This document shows, in pieces, positions 19,888-21,160 of a stretch of DNA of 21,160 nt; within the stretch, counting starts at the first letter, position 1, and each line of letters opens with the position of its first letter. Under the pieces are notes generated by a model, which saw only the letters and a list, made by a program, of their open reading frames with translations, did no database searches and was not told the origin of the DNA. This DNA is from Octopus sinensis. Lineage: Eukaryota. The stretch lies in assembly GCF_006345805.1 (NCBI RefSeq), contig NW_021823891.1:1-21160 (forward strand), written 5' to 3'. A program made the translations under genes and the position numbers.

Positions 19888-19895
19888 CATACACA
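17975..19895. repeat. Extended mosaic of (ATGT)n, (AT)n, (TG)n and (AC)n tracts with short unique spacers
   Basis: Direct reading. Confidence 0.9.
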
Positions 19896-20959
19896 GAATG
19901 TAAGTCTAATGTTTCAATTGAAAAATGTATTTTCTAAAAACACACATATATTAAATAACAGATAACACTAATGAAATATAAATAAATGTAATGACAACAA
20001 TAAATACCCACATAAATAAATTCAAATTAAACACAAATAAAATTTTTAAAAAGTAAAATAAATTAATAAAAAATAAATATTATGAAGGAGGTGGGTCTGT
20101 ACTCTTTTTTTTTTGTCATTCCCTTAATTCTTGTTTTTTTTTCTTTTCTTATATAAATTCCTCCATGCACTTTACAACATCACACGCTCCCGCACCGCCA
20201 CCACCAACATCCGGGCAACAGGCCTGTGCCAGCGGCATTCCTTTGATGTTATGTTAGGTGTTATGGAGGGTGAGCCACATGGAATCATTTTTGTTATAAA
20301 TCACATCCCAGCCTCTGCTAAATCCGGATAACATTACAATTTACAGAAATACTGTCCTCCAGACTCGATAGAAAACACATTTGCTCTTAAGTCACTGCTC
20401 GATATTGTTCTTGCAGAATGTAAATAATTTTTGGTAATACCACCACTATTGTTTACGTGAAAAAAAGAGAGAGATTGGGTTGTTCTATGCGTGTATTTGT
20501 AAGTATGTATGTGTGTGTGTGTGCGTGAGTGTGTGTACAAATACTGTTCTCTTTCACTGTTTTCAGCTGTGTATATAAATATGTGTATATATAAATATAT
20601 AATCCAGAAGGCTAAAATGTAACACACGAGTTGATATGTTTAAGGAAAATAAGACAAGGTAGAAAATGCTAAAATAATTTTATCATGAAGAGCATTTTAG
20701 TACCGGTTTCGGATCTGTTCAGTTTGGCGCACAGATTTTTTTTATTAATTTTTTTTTAAATAAACAGTTTGAAACTTCGTATACTGGTGGAATTTCTCAC
20801 TCAGAACACAGTTTACTTTGAACATTTTTGACAAAATTTCGTATTTTAGAAGTTATTTCGTGTTAAAATTGTATTTGGGTAATTTTAACCAATCAACGGT
20901 GTGTATTCAGTTGAAGAAAGCTACTGCTGCTTACGATAGTAATCGAAGAGGAACAACTT

Positions 20960-21160
20960 CCGGGTCATCTCTATACCTCCACACAACCCATTAACAATGA
21001 AGCCTTCGACACCATCCTACAGAACATTCCTCTACTAAAAAAAAGACTAGGGAATGAATCTAATCTTCCAAATACACACCACCATAAAGAGCAAAAGACA
21101 ACTCAAGTCAATGAAAAGTCTTCAAACACAAACCCAGTTAAACGTGGCCCATACAACCGT
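20960..21160 (+). mobile_element. Probable decayed Penelope-like ORF fragment (RT to GIY-YIG linker region), running off the window end
   Basis: Reads LYTSTQPINNEAFDTILQNIPLLKK, then after a frameshift D*GMNLIFQIHTTIKSKRQLKSMKSL. This resembles the PLE linker pattern 'Y.ST.NP.N...F..I.QN.P.L..D..M..I......IKSKRQPK.L' as I recall it. Confidence 0.5.

Noticed and set aside
10752-19965. Many MYVC/HTYI/YIYI-repeat ORFs
   Set aside because: These are artefacts of the (ATGT)n and (AT)n microsatellites.
20690-20930. Possible DNA-transposon fragment
   Set aside because: It looks repeat-like to me, but I could not find TIRs, a TSD or a coding signature in the window.

Overview
Repeat-dense, AT-rich eukaryotic DNA with no confidently identifiable host protein-coding gene, so it is probably intronic or intergenic. 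The SINE families and the very high microsatellite load resemble what I recall of Octopus (coleoid cephalopod) genomes. That organism call is inference from memory, not a search result. Every long ORF in the supplied track is either a microsatellite translation artefact or an unrecognisable short ORF. The window contains: about 13 tRNA-derived SINE copies from several modular families, some with clear target-site duplications (TSDs), nesting and same-site re-insertion; a decayed RLE-type (R4/Dong-like) non-LTR retrotransposon 3' end that the ORF track misses; a Tc1/mariner transposase C-terminus with its right TIR; Penelope-like fragments, two of which carry minimal hammerhead-ribozyme folds; two MITE/fold-back elements; and an unexplained array of eight ~16-bp palindromic motifs (2829-3083). 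All coordinates and alignments were read by eye.
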